Source: an uncultured Phycisphaerales bacterium
GTDB taxonomy: Bacteria > Planctomycetota > Phycisphaerae > Tepidisphaerales > Tepidisphaeraceae
Assembly (NCBI GenBank): GCA_963844715.1
Contig: CAWJPJ010000008.1
Span: 480,001-544,000, forward strand
Length of the DNA stretch: 64,000 bases
Direction of reading: 5' to 3'
The notes beneath the pieces are model-generated. The model saw only the letters and a list, made by a program, of their open reading frames with translations. It was not told the DNA's origin and did no database searches. The position numbers were made by a program, and so were the translations under genes. Shown piece by piece: positions 1-11,926 of the stretch. Every line of letters begins with the position of its first letter. Positions within the stretch are counted from its first letter, which is position 1.

Positions 1-800
<800 letters not shown>

Positions 801-958
801 GATTAACTTAGATTCCGAACCCAGAGCGATCTGGGGCTCGGAACACTTTGTCAGCACTCCCCTCGTCCAAGGGCCTTAAAAACCCGAGGCAACGCCCGCG
901 GCGACGCGAGCGAAGGGCTTTTTCGATTATTCACTTGTCAAAGCGCCGAACACCCACA

Positions 959-989
959 GCCCGGAGTCGAAAGACTCCGGGTTTTTTTT
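959..989 (+). terminator. Rho-independent terminator downstream of 16S
   Basis: CCCGGAGTC-GAAA-GACTCCGGG hairpin followed by a T8 run. Confidence 0.9.
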
Positions 990-1021
990 CGCCACGTTCT
1001 ATTCCGTTGCAAATGGGAAAT

Positions 1022-1380
1022 CTATTTCAAGCCGAATGCCCGGGTCAGTTTATCGTTCAGGGACCCGATTGTGACGGGACCGAGCGATCCCAGGCGGGGG
1101 CAATGACGTGAATTGACAATGTCGCGACCTTGTCCAATCTGATAAGAGAGTCAACTTTAAGGCCGCTGAGAGCGAATTCCGGATCTGATCGCAAAAGCTC
1201 CACCTCGGCCCCGCGGGGCGAACGATTTCCAAGGACACTTGTGATGAAGGCTAGAACCAGTTCGTCCGCTTGCGGGTCAGCAGAGATCACCACCGCCGGA
1301 CGCAATTTCCGGCCGGCAAGGTCGGCGAACGGAAACGGCACAAGAACCACCATCCCCCGATGAAATTGAGTTTGCGCCAT
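1022..1380 (-). CDS. MazF/PemK family toxin (1-nt indel near 1095; corrected C-terminus ...RLGSLGPVTIGSLNDKLTRAFGLK*)
   Basis: RGMVVLVPFPFADLAGRKLRPAVVIS and GLKVDSLIRLDKVATL are typical PemK/MazF motifs; follows an antitoxin-like gene. Confidence 0.85.
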
Positions 1381-1382
1381 TC

Positions 1383-1601
1383 TTAGACAGTCTCGCCGTC
1401 AGTATCCGAATAAATGTCCTCGCGCGGATCGTTCAAAAACTCGAACGCTCGGTCCTTACCGGCCAATTTCGCCATCCCCTCGGCAGGCAGATCGTCATTG
1501 TCGAGCAACGCGATCATCAATCGGGTGTCTTCTGGCAGATCGATCGGGTCGAGCGGCTTGAGATGCCCGTGTTGAAAAATGGCTCGAATCGTTCTTATCA
1601 A
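1383..1601 (-). CDS. DUF104/AF2212-like antitoxin
   Basis: MIRTIRAIFQHGHLKPLDPIDLPED N-terminus, acidic tail EDIYSD, 2 nt upstream of the MazF-like gene. Confidence 0.75.
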   Translation of the reverse strand: MIRTIRAIFQHGHLKPLDPIDLPEDTRLMIALLDNDDLPAEGMAKLAGKDRAFEFLNDPREDIYSDTDGETV

Positions 1602-1652
1602 AGACCTCGCCCTATTTTATATAGCCGTAATCGGCCAATCCACCCCAAACCA

Positions 1653-2225
1653 TTATCGCTTCTTTGCCACGATGCAGAGTTGCGAGACCACGGTGGGCAG
1701 GCGTGTCTGGTCGAAAATCCCCGCGTTGTAATTGTAGCCGAAGTCCTCGAACGTGAAGCGAACGAAGTCCATGCCGAGCTGTTTCATCAGGGGTTTCAAG
1801 TCATCCTCGATGTGCCAGTGATTCGGCCGTTGCACGGCGCGCCGGGGAACCATGGCCGAAAAACTCTGCTTGTGATCGTAGTTGTGCCGCGACGGCCAGG
1901 TTAGCTTCTCATAGAGCAGATAGTCCGGGACGACGAAGTAGAGGAAGCCGCCCGGCTTCAATATGCGCGTCCAATTGGCCAGGGTTTCCGGGACGTCGCG
2001 CATGTGCTCCAGGCAGTGGGAGGAATAGACGAAATCGAATTCGCCGTCGGGAACGCCCTTCATGAGTTGCGCGTCGCCGTCCCCCACGTCCCAGGGGCGG
2101 ACATTTCCGTCGTCGACTTTCAAGCAATCGTCTCCGCAGCCGATATCGATCCCCTTGCCGTGTAAGAATTGCTGAAAGTCGCCGCGGCTGCGGCGAATAT
2201 CGTTCATTTTTCCTGTTTCCTGCAT
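1653..2225 (-). CDS. Class I SAM-dependent methyltransferase
   Basis: GIDIGCG motif I, FDFVYSSHCLEH, RILKPGG. Confidence 0.85.
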   Translation of the reverse strand: MQETGKMNDIRRSRGDFQQFLHGKGIDIGCGDDCLKVDDGNVRPWDVGDGDAQLMKGVPDGEFDFVYSSHCLEHMRDVPETLANWTRILKPGGFLYFVVPDYLLYEKLTWPSRHNYDHKQSFSAMVPRRAVQRPNHWHIEDDLKPLMKQLGMDFVRFTFEDFGYNYNAGIFDQTRLPTVVSQLCIVAKKR

Positions 2226-2261
2226 ATGGCGTGGGATTGTCCGCTGCCGGAGCGGTCGCCG

Positions 2262-3470
2262 TCAACTGGGCGGGACGACGCGGGCGAACTTGCGGCTGCC
2301 GAGTTGGATGACGGCGGGCTTGGCGAACCGATATTCCTTTTGCGGGTCGATGATTTTTTCGCCGTCGATGCGGACGGCGCCCTCGCGGATTTTGCGGATG
2401 GCCTCGCTGTTGGATGCGGCCAGTCCGGTTTGGACGAGCAGCGGGGGGAGCTTGTGCGGGCCCGAAGCAACCGGGAATTCCGGCACGTTCTCGGGGATGC
2501 CGCCGTGGGTGGCGGTGACGAATTCCTTCTCCGCGGCGGCGGCTTCGGCTTCGCCATGGAGCCAGGTGACCAGCTTCTTGCCAAGCTGCACCTTGGCGTC
2601 GCGCGGATGGGATTGAATGAGCGGCCGGAAATGCTCGGGCGCGTCGTCGGTGAGGAGTGTGTAATAGTTTTCCAGCAGGGAATCGGGAAGGCGCATGATC
2701 TTGCCGAAGATGCCGTCGGGTCCGCCGGGGGGATCGGTGAGTCCGATGTAGTTGCCCTTGCTCTTGGACATTTTGGCGACGCCGTCGGTGCCGACGAGCA
2801 GCGGCGTGACCATGACGACCTGCGGGTCCTTCCCCTCTTCCTTCATAAACTCGCGCCCGACGAGATTGTTGAAGAGCTGGTCGCTGCCGCCCATTTCGAC
2901 GTCGGCGTTCACAATCACGCTGTCCCAGCCTTGAAGAAGAGGATAGAGAAATTCGTGGATTCGAATGTCCCCGCCGACCTGGAAGCGTTCCTTGAAGCTG
3001 TCGCGATCGAGCATCTGCGCGACCGACTTTCGGCTGGCGAGCCGGATGATCTCGATCAGATTCATCGCCCCGAGCCATTCGCCGTTCCAGCGGACTTCGA
3101 GATGCTGGGGATCGGTCATGAGAATCTTGCCGATCTGGCTGACGTAGGTTTTGGCGTTGGCCTCAATTTCCTCGCCCGTAAGGATGGGGCGGGTGGCGTT
3201 TCGCCCGGAGGGATCGCCGACCCGCGCGGTGTAATCGCCGATGATGAGAACCGCCTTGTGCCCGAATTCCTGGAATTGCCGGATGACTTTCAGCGGGACG
3301 GCATGCCCCAACGTGACGTCCGGGGCCGTCGGATCCATCCCCAGCTTGATCCGCAGCGGATGGCCCATGGCGGAACTGTGCTCGAGCTTCCGGCGAAGGT
3401 CCTGCTCGGTCAATATCCGCTCGCATCGGCGGGACAAAAGCTGAATTTGTTGATCTATTGAGTGGGGCAT
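2262..3470 (-). CDS. tyrS: Tyrosine--tRNA ligase
   Basis: KLGMDPTAPDVTLGH (HIGH-like), EFLYPLLQGWD, GGSDQ, KMSKS, C-terminal S4 domain. Confidence 0.97.
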   Translation of the reverse strand: MPHSIDQQIQLLSRRCERILTEQDLRRKLEHSSAMGHPLRIKLGMDPTAPDVTLGHAVPLKVIRQFQEFGHKAVLIIGDYTARVGDPSGRNATRPILTGEEIEANAKTYVSQIGKILMTDPQHLEVRWNGEWLGAMNLIEIIRLASRKSVAQMLDRDSFKERFQVGGDIRIHEFLYPLLQGWDSVIVNADVEMGGSDQLFNNLVGREFMKEEGKDPQVVMVTPLLVGTDGVAKMSKSKGNYIGLTDPPGGPDGIFGKIMRLPDSLLENYYTLLTDDAPEHFRPLIQSHPRDAKVQLGKKLVTWLHGEAEAAAAEKEFVTATHGGIPENVPEFPVASGPHKLPPLLVQTGLAASNSEAIRKIREGAVRIDGEKIIDPQKEYRFAKPAVIQLGSRKFARVVPPS

Positions 3471-3519
3471 GTAATTGATCGTAAAAGTTACTTCCCAGAG
3501 CGAAGGGATTGTCCCGTCC

Positions 3520-3612
3520 GCTTCTCCGTGTGCTCTAAGGAGAGGGTGGGGTGAGGGTTCTTCGCGACATGCCCCTCACCCTAGCCCTCTCCCCGAGTAC
3601 AGGGAGAGGGGA
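3520..3612. repeat. REP-like palindromic doublet (CCCTCACCCTAGCCCTCTCCC...GGGAGAGGG family), left arm degenerate
   Basis: GGAGAGGGTGGGGTGAGGG ... CCCTCACCCTAGCCCTCTCCCCGAGTACAGGGAGAGGGGA; same family at 33190 and 50593. Confidence 0.8.
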
Positions 3613-3946
3613 CCAATTTCATGGCGCCGGTAAAGGATCGCGCCGCATACAGGATCTCTCGAGTGGTCAAAATCTCATGACGACGAAATGGATTACGCAA
3701 TAGTCGCTTTTCGACCAGATCAATTGGTCTTTCCCCGAAAATCGTCGAAAGCTCGTCTCGCATTTCCAGGAAGCCCTCGAAAGTCATCGCGCTGCCGGGA
3801 ACGAAGCTTACCAGTACGTCAACGTCGCTGTTGGCGTCAAAATCGTCGCGCAAGACCGATCCGAAAATTGAAAGCTCCTGCACTCCCCATTTTCGACAGA
3901 ACACCTGCACCTTTTCGGGCGAGACTTCAAGTTTGCCAACCGTCAT
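3581..3946 (-). CDS. Minimal nucleotidyltransferase (MNT, antitoxin-type), no intact HEPN partner
   Basis: LSIFGSVLRDDFDANSDVDVLV (GS...DxD); probable ancestral stop at 3638-3640 now reads CGA so the ORF runs into the REP. Confidence 0.85.
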   Translation of the reverse strand: MTVGKLEVSPEKVQVFCRKWGVQELSIFGSVLRDDFDANSDVDVLVSFVPGSAMTFEGFLEMRDELSTIFGERPIDLVEKRLLRNPFRRHEILTTREILYAARSFTGAMKLVPSPCTRGEG

Positions 3947-3999
3947 GGTTCACTCCGATGCCATCAACTATACCGCGCCTAAGCAAGCAAAAACATACG

Positions 4000-5689
4000 C
4001 TAAACGTGGGACGATTCGATGGGTTTGGGGATCGGCGTCTCCATAGGCCGGCGCCATTGCAGGTGCATTCGCCAATGCTCGTCGTCGGTGGCGGGATAGT
4101 CGGTTCGCCAGTGCGCCCCGCGGCTTTCGGTGCGGGAATAGGACGCCGTCGAGATCAGAAAACAGACGGTCAGCATGTTCTGCAATTCCCAGCCGGTGGA
4201 GGCGGATTCGTTGCGCTCGGGACTGGCGCCGGGCCAGAAGGTCTTGTCCATGACATAGCGGCTCCAGAAGGCGATGATCTCGCGCGTTTCGCCGAGGCGG
4301 TCGCCGGTGCGCTCGATGCCGACGTTGCGCCACATTACGCTGCGCAGGCTGCTCTTGACGTCGACGAGGTCCAGCTCGGTCTTGTTGGACGCTGGGATCT
4401 TGTGCTCGAGGTGGTTGGGGAATTTGACGTCGTGGGACATCGCCCAGGCGGCGGCATCCACGCCGGCGCGGGCGCCGAAAGCCAGGCCTTCCAGAAGCGA
4501 ATTGCTCGCCAGGCGGTTGGCGCCGTGGAGGCCGCTGCAACCCGCTTCGCCGGCGGCATAAAGGCCGGGCAAGGTCGAGCGGCACTGCATGTCCACCGCG
4601 ACCCCGCCGATCATGTAATGCGTCGCTGGATGGATCGGAATCAGGTCCTTCGCCGGGTCGATATCGAACTGGGCGAGGAGTTGCGCCAATTGCGGAAAGC
4701 GCGCCTTGAAGGGTTCGGTCGGCAGGTGGCGCACGTCGAGATAAACGTGCGTGTAGTTGGTTTTGCGAATTTGCTGCACGATGGCCCGGCTGACCACGTC
4801 CCGGGGGGCGAGTTCGCCCGCCGGGTGATAATCCTTCATAAACCGGCGGCCGGCGCGATCGATCAGATACGCCCCCTCGCCGCGAACCGCCTCGGTAATC
4901 AGCGCCGCGGCTGGACCCGGCGACATAAAGCGTCGTGGGATGAAACTGCACCATCTCCATGTCCTGAAGGGTCGCCCCGGCTCGATAAGCCATCGCATGC
5001 CCGTCAGCGGTGGCGATCTTGGGATTCGTCGATTCGCGATAGAGCTGCCCCGCGCCCCCGCTGGCGAGAATCGTTCGCTTGGCCCAGATGAGATTCACCT
5101 GCCCGTTGATCAACGCCAGCGCGCCGACGCACTGGCCCTGATCGGTCACCAGATCGATCACGAACGATCGCTCGGAAACGCGGACGGATTCGCGGGCGCG
5201 GACGGTGTTGATCAGCGTCTGGGCCAGTTCCTTCCCAGTTGCATCCCCGGCGGCGTGGATAATTCGGGCGAAACTGTGCCCGCCTTCCAGGCCGAAGGAG
5301 AGGTCGTACGCATTGCCCGCTTTTTTATCGAAATGTGCTCCCCAGGAGAGCAACTCCAGGACGCGCTTCGGACCCTCCTCGATGACGATATGGACGGCTT
5401 GCTCATCGCACAGCCCGCCGCCGCAGGCGATGGTGTCCTTGATATGCGACTCGATGCTGTCGCTTGGCTGCAGAACAGCCGCGATGCCGCCCTGGGCATA
5501 CCAGGTGTTGGATTGATCGATGGTGTCCTTGGTGAGAACCAGGACGTCCGCCCCAGCGTCCGCCGCGGCGATCGCGGCTCGCAGGCCAGCAACGCCGCCG
5601 CCGATGACCAGAACATCCGCCACTTGCTGGGGAACGCGCGTCGCTTTGAAAGGAATCAGATACCTGCGCTCGGTAAGCGGTTCGAACAT
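4000..5689 (-). CDS. nadB: L-aspartate oxidase (frameshift near 4910, likely sequencing error)
   Basis: VIGGGVAGL, AQGGIAAV, EGGHS, QFHPT in one frame; LITEAVRGEG, ELAPRDVVSR, HYMIGG, HGANRLASNSLLE in the next. Confidence 0.93.
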
Positions 5690-5712
5690 AATTTGGGACG
5701 GTCGAGGACGCC

Positions 5713-6495
5713 CTATTTTAGGCGGCCAAAAAAGAGACGCGTATCGTATTGCTGGATGACGCGGCCGTCCCTGGCATGTCGTGCAAATACCTCTCGCAGT
5801 TCGTCAAGCATCTCCTGGCATCGCGGCTGTCCCGGCAAGGGCAGATTCGAGGACGAGAGCGCCTGCGCGAGCAGGGTTTCCAAATCGAGCGATTGCGAAT
5901 TGTCGAATTGCCGGGTCTGGAACGTCTGAGGTGCAAAGAATTCCCGAAGCTCGGCCGGGTCTTCGGTGCTCAAAAGCCCGCGGGCCGCGTGGTTCGGATC
6001 GATCTCATATTTTCGCACAATTCGCTCGTATTCCCGGTTTAGGTCATCCTCGCGCCGCCGTTTGTTCCAGACAAGCAAGACATATCCGCCCGGCGTCAGA
6101 ATCCTGGAAAACTCCAGTTTGGCGCCGTTGCGGTCAAACCAGTGAAACGCGGTTCCCGCGACGACGAATTGAATGGATTCATCGGGCAGGCCTGTCGATT
6201 CGGCCGACGCGCTGCGACTGTGGAAATTAGGGAAGCGCGAGAGAAGTCGTTCGGCTGCCTGGCGCATTTCCGGATTGGGCTCGATGGCAAAAACAGGGTT
6301 GCCGTTGGGCAGGAACAGTTCGCTGAGCAGTCCGGTTCCAGAGCCAACGTCGGCTATCGCGTCGCCGGGGCGAAGTTCCAGATCACTGCGGCAGAAATGG
6401 AGAAGGGCCTGCGGATAATGCGGCCGGGCGCGAAGGTAGTATTCGGCTCGGTCCGAGAATCGCCGCGTCGGGTCGCGTGGGGAGGTGGTTTGCAT
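5713..6495 (-). CDS. Class I SAM-dependent methyltransferase
   Basis: RFSDRAEYYLRARPHYP, ADVGSGTG, AFHWFD; ATG overlaps nuoC stop. Confidence 0.88.
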   Translation of the reverse strand: MQTTSPRDPTRRFSDRAEYYLRARPHYPQALLHFCRSDLELRPGDAIADVGSGTGLLSELFLPNGNPVFAIEPNPEMRQAAERLLSRFPNFHSRSASAESTGLPDESIQFVVAGTAFHWFDRNGAKLEFSRILTPGGYVLLVWNKRRREDDLNREYERIVRKYEIDPNHAARGLLSTEDPAELREFFAPQTFQTRQFDNSQSLDLETLLAQALSSSNLPLPGQPRCQEMLDELREVFARHARDGRVIQQYDTRLFFGRLK

Positions 6496-7082
6496 CACGT
6501 TATGCCCCTTGCGCGCGTGATGATCTGGTAATCTTCCCTTTCCCCGACGCCACGCAGCGGATAATCCTTCCGCAGCGGATAGCTCCCGAATCCGTTCCAG
6601 GTGAGAATCCTGCGCAGGTCGGGATGCCCGACGAAGATGACCCCGATCATGTCGTAAACTTCGCGTTCCATCCACTCCGCGCCTGGCCAGATGCCGCAGA
6701 CGCTGTCGACTTTCAGGCCCGGGTCTCCCTTTTCGATAATTTCCTCATCCCTGATGGCGGTTTTGGGATCGGTCGGCTGGGTGGGATCGAGGAAGACCTT
6801 GAGCCAGAGGCGGCTGTTGTGGGTGACGCTGGTCAGGCCGTAGTTAACGCCGAAGCGATGATGCGCGCCCGGATAGTTCAGGTAATCGACGCCGTTCACT
6901 TCCGCCAGCATGTCGTAGCGCAAGGCGGCGTCATCGCGCAAGAAGGTGCAAACCGGTTTGATCTGCTCGCGCGGCACCACGACGGTCACCATATCGCGAA
7001 ATTCACCGGCCATCAGCGGAACATCCGCGAAACGCGCTTTCAGCGGCTGAAGGGCGGGATGAACGATCTGGTGAGCGGCCAT
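6495..7082 (-). CDS. nuoC: NADH-quinone oxidoreductase subunit C
   Basis: WMEREVYDMIGVIFVGHPDLRRIL and YPLRKDYPL motifs. Confidence 0.93.
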   Translation of the reverse strand: MAAHQIVHPALQPLKARFADVPLMAGEFRDMVTVVVPREQIKPVCTFLRDDAALRYDMLAEVNGVDYLNYPGAHHRFGVNYGLTSVTHNSRLWLKVFLDPTQPTDPKTAIRDEEIIEKGDPGLKVDSVCGIWPGAEWMEREVYDMIGVIFVGHPDLRRILTWNGFGSYPLRKDYPLRGVGEREDYQIITRARGIT

Positions 7083-7116
7083 GAGCGCTGGATTGTTAGG
7101 GAGATACCCGCCGCCG

Positions 7117-8219
7117 TCAAGATTGAACCAATCCGGCCACGATCTTCGCCACATTTTCCGCGGCGTCGGGCTTTCCGAGCTTTCTGGCGGCGTCGGCCAT
7201 CGATTGCCTGCGCGGCGCGTCATAAAGGAGCGATTCCAGGATGGGGCGAAGCTTGTCGGCGTTCTTTTGGGCGTGTTTCTCATCATCCATAAGCACGGCA
7301 GCGCCGGCGTCTTCAAGGACTTTGGCGTTGGCGCGCTGATGCAAATCCTTGTGGAAGGGATAGGGCATCAGAACCGACGGCACGCCGCACGCCGTGAGTT
7401 CCGCGCAACTGCTGGCGCCGGAGCGGCTGACGGCCAGATCGGTCACCGCCCAGACGTCCGCCATCGCCGGGGTGAAATCGACCACGCAAGCGGGAACGCC
7501 TTTTTCGCGATACCCGCTGCGGACTTTCTCAACGTGATCGCGCCGGAAAGATGGAGAATCTGCCAGCCGTTGAGCGTAATGGTCCCGGCCAGGGCGAGCA
7601 TGGCTTCGTTGACGGTCAGCGCGCCCTGGCTTGCGCCGGTGATCAGAAGGGTATGAAGCATCGGGTCGAGCCCCAATCGCCCGGCGGCCTCCTGACGCGT
7701 GGGAAGCGTGCGCACGGCCTTTCGAATCGGGCAGCCGGTGACTTTGATTTTCTTTCGGTGTTCGGCGGGAACATAGGCGGTCGAATCAAACTGACACGCA
7801 ACCGCCTGAACATAAGGCATGAGGAACTGGTTGGCTTTACCGGGGATGGCGTCCGGATTAACGAGAACCGCCGGGATTTTTTTCGCGCCCGCCAGTTTAA
7901 CGGCAACTCCGGCCGCATATCCGCCCAATCCCAGGACGGCCGCGGGCTTCCTCAGCTTGAGAAGCTTGCGGACCATGTCTTTGGTGTCCCGCCAACTCTT
8001 CCAGAATTTGAGCAATCCGCCGACGCTCCGGGTGGGGGGAATGATCGGCTGCTTCACAAACTCAAACCCGGTCGGCTCCAGGATCACGCGGTCGATTTCC
8101 CGCGTGGTGCACAGAAAGACGGCCTCGGCGCCGGGCAGAGCTTCCCGCAGCGCTTCGGCGACGGCGATTCCAGGGTAAAGATGTCCGCCGGTGCCCCCGC
8201 CGGCAAGGTAAATCAACAT
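7117..8219 (-). CDS. murG: MurG glycosyltransferase (frameshift near 7540)
   Basis: AGGGTGGHLYPG, GLGGY, GASQGA; C-terminal SRSGASSCAE and HQRANA in the second frame. Confidence 0.92.
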
Positions 8220-8258
8220 ACTTATTGGGCATGATGAATCTGGATCGATGAATGTCAA

Positions 8259-8828
8259 TCAATCGCCGTGCCGGTCCCGTAATCGGGGGCTTAAACGGAG
8301 CATGAGCTGGACGCGTTCGATTTCGCCGAGCCAATCGGCCAGGGTTGCCGCCAATTCATTTTGATCGGGGGCGACGATGCCGGTGGGGCAGGCGGGTCCG
8401 AGTTGGCGTTGGGCGACGGCGCGGTAGCGGTTGAGCGTGCGGTCCCCGGCCAGAGCGCAGAATTCAAAATCCTCGGCCAGCAGAAGCACCACCGGCACGC
8501 GATTGCCGCCATTCAGAATGAGCTGGGAGGAGAGGTCGCCATGGGCGTCGCGATCGAGAAGACGAAGATGAATTTTGGCGGGATTCGCCTCGGCGATGCG
8601 CGCGACCAGCGGACATTGCTGCACGCAGTCGCCGCACCAGATGCCGCTGACAATCAGAAGGTTCATCTCGCGGACAAAGCCGCCGAGCAGTTTTTGTTGG
8701 GCATCAGTCAACGCGGCGGCGGCGTGGACTTGCTTCCAGCGTTGCCTTTGCGAATCGTTGCCGGTTTCCAGATAAGCGGGATAGTCGAGTGCGGCGGAAA
8801 ACTTCTCTTCCAGGAATTCTCGTTTCAT
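8259..8828 (-). CDS. Thioredoxin family protein
   Basis: WCGDC motif, NGGNRVPVV. Confidence 0.85.
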   Translation of the reverse strand: MKREFLEEKFSAALDYPAYLETGNDSQRQRWKQVHAAAALTDAQQKLLGGFVREMNLLIVSGIWCGDCVQQCPLVARIAEANPAKIHLRLLDRDAHGDLSSQLILNGGNRVPVVLLLAEDFEFCALAGDRTLNRYRAVAQRQLGPACPTGIVAPDQNELAATLADWLGEIERVQLMLRLSPRLRDRHGD

Positions 8829-11800
8829 TTATCGTGGTTCCATGGTGTTGTTCTGAAGATTAACGCGAACTTCCTTGAAATGCGCCTGGGCATTTCCCTG
8901 ACTGTCGACGATGGTGACATCTCCCTCGTCGCCGGCCCGGCAAATCAGGATCTGTTTGATGGGATCATAGTCCGCCTGACCGCACCGGAGCGGGCCGGAG
9001 GCGGTATCCACTTCCACATGGTGCTCGGCCGATAGATGGCTGATCTGAAGAGCCGGGGTGTCGTCCGAAGGCGTCTGGGTATCGTCGCTCTGTTCGATCG
9101 GCTCAAATTCCGCATGGACGGTGTCGGCGGACAGGAACATCGGATTGGGATGGTCCCCGTCGTCCCAATGACGAATCTTGACATCGCCCTGGATATCCGC
9201 GCGTGCGCGACAGTTCGTCGTAGAGGAGTTGCTGGCTCCATTGAAAAGCCGTGCGCCCGCGTCCTCCGCCGCCAATTCCCACCTGTCCGCCATTTTCTGC
9301 TTGCGCTTTGGTGTGATCTTCGACCAGCATCTGCCCCGGCACCGGGACGCTGAGCTTTCGACCGATGGTGTCGTAATCGATCTGGTTACTGCGGATGTAA
9401 TACCGGCGAAGAATCGATCCGGAGGCGTCGCAGAGGGTCGATTCGACCGAAGCCTTATCGCGGAGCGAAACCGACTGGAGCTGCTTATTGCGCATGAAAT
9501 TGAAGTCGCTTTGGCCGGCAACGGGGATGGACGGTTGAGTCGAAGCGGCGGGAATCAGCGTGGCGATCATTTCGCTGCCGTGCGCGGTGTTGACGGTTCC
9601 GTCGGCGGATGTCGATTGCGCGCTAACGTCGCCCAGGACATGAATCTGGTTGGATTTCCCATCCAGCGTCGCGCTTTTTGTCCAGGTGATTTTCATCGGG
9701 CGGGGGGACAGGGGGCGCGAGTCGGGGGTCGGCGAGGGGCCGGGGGCGCGGCGGCGTTTCCCGAGAGCGTGTCCAACTCGCCGGCGCCATCCACTTTGGA
9801 GAATTGATCCATTGCGGAGAGACGAATCGTCCGGGCGATCAGCTCGGAATCCTTGTCCTTGGCGATCGCCGGGGCGCCTCGGAGGGTAATCTGGGCGTGG
9901 CCGTTCAGCATCGCGATGGTGAGATTGTTTCCCGTCGCCGACGAGCCGTTGGGAGATTGGACCTGAACCGAATCGGTGGCGTCGAGTTCATTTAGTTGCA
10001 CGTCCCCCTGGTTCTGGGTTTGGTCGTCGCCAAGATCGGTGTGCTGCGGGGCCGGCTTGGGGACCAATGAAATGAGGATATGCTCGGCGTTGAGATTGTC
10101 CTGTCCCTGAGTTGCCTGGGCCGCGCCGTCCGCCTTGATGGTTTTCGCAAAGAGTCTGCCTGTCGGATCGCGGGCGGTGAATAGCTGAAGCTCCTGGCCG
10201 GAAAGGCTTCGCGCCGTCTGGTCCGTTTCATGAACCACGCACTGGGCGTTGCCCGTGGCCCGTACGCTTTTTAGTTGCCGCGACGCGCCTTCCTGCAAAG
10301 GTTCGCCGAAGACCAGGCCCAGATCGTCGGCGCTGAGTTCAAAGCGTGGATGATCGACGGTCACCTGCCCGGCGAGATCGGCCGAGGTTATCTGCGGCGT
10401 GCCGCCGTCCAGAGACGTCAGATGCACGATGCAACTCTTGTCCCACGACGCGTCGAGCGCCGTATTGGGTTCGTTCGGATCGGGGAAATGAGCTTTGCCG
10501 GCTCCCTCGACCACGGCGATCTGATTCAATCGCGAATAGAGCAGTGAGTTGCCGGTCAGCGTGGAGAGCAGCCCGTTGTTTTCGCGTTTCTGGGAAACGA
10601 GCATCGGGAAATTCTCATCGCCGATGAGATGAGCGCTGGAATCGGCGGTGTGATAAACCAGCTTTGCGCAGGTGCCGGTGCTGTCGGTTCCGTCCTCGGG
10701 GGAAACATGGTGGAGATGCACAGGCGTTCCGGTGAGGGTGACGATCGACTCGCCGGGGTCGAGCCGCTCGGCTTTGCTCTCGTCGGTGGGGACCATGTGC
10801 ATCTTTCCGTCCCAGGTGACGATGATCGGAGATTGCTGAGGCTGCGATGCGGGCGGGGCCTGCGGAACGGGCGGGGCCGCCGGCGCTGGCGGAGTCGATT
10901 GATCGGTTGCCGGTGCGGCCGGTGCGGCGGTTGTTTCGTCTGTCGCACTGCCGCGAGGCAGGAAATCGACCTGCATGAGTGCCGCCTGCACGAGGGGGAG
11001 CTGATCTTGGGAAATGACGACGTTGTCGTAAAACGTCGCCAGATATCGATTGCGCACAGCGGGTTCCGCCGGCGGATTGGCGGGCGCTGACATCGTCGGC
11101 AAGAATCGGCATACCCGGCGCGACGGGCGACGTGAGATTGGGGGCGAGCGCGGCGTCGGCGGATGGGGTCGCCCCCAGCGACAGCCCGCTGGTGTCATAA
11201 ATAATCAGTTGCTTCCCGTGGGCGATATCCAGCGACTTGAGCCGCCGGGTCATCTCGTCCCAGTACATCACCAGCCCCGAGCCGTCGAAGGCGTATTGCT
11301 TGGCGCGAATCGTCACCGGCACGTCGTCGGCCCGCACGGTTTGTCCCTGGGCATCGACATAATCTTGCGTGAAAAGGCGGAATGTATCGTTGTCAAACTC
11401 GACGTGGCTCGTGTACATCGTCACGGCGGGATTTTGCCGAGCCTGCTCCTCGACCGACGAATAAATCCGCACGACGACGTGGTTGTTGAGGGTTCCGTAG
11501 CGCGGCGGCTCGACGGGGACGCCGGTCATCGTGTTGCGATCGGCGCCGGGGGCGACGCGGAGGATGCCGTCGTCGGATTCGATGTGCACGACCTGCCCAT
11601 CGGAGAGAAAGAACTCGATCATCGGGCGCGTTACGCGCACGGTGCCGTCAGGCTGGTTGTCGTAAAAATCGGCCTTGAACTGGTAGGCGCGTTTTCCCGT
11701 GTCGCGGTCGTATTGGGTGACCCATACCCCCTGGCCGGGGCCAACGAAGACGTCCTGGTTCTTGGCGCCGGGGGAGATATCGGCGGGTTGGGCCGTACCG

Positions 11801-11901
11801 GTTCCGCCCGAATAGGGAACATGCGGCTGAAATCGGAGGCACAGCATGAAACCGGCGGTGACAGCCAGAAACGTCAGGATGATGGGAAGAAATCTCCGCA
11901 T
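8829..11901 (-). CDS. Large membrane-anchored LptC/LptA(OstA)-like beta-rich protein (~1000 aa) broken by several indels
   Basis: N-terminal TM (MRRFLPIILTFLAV), LptC-like segment, repeated beta-strand units such as VRATGNA and LSAEHHVEV across ORFs 10615-11964, 9693-11198, 9103-9696, 8829-9521; directly downstream of kdsD. Confidence 0.55.
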
Positions 11902-11926
11902 ACCGTCCGTGATAGACGATCCCACC

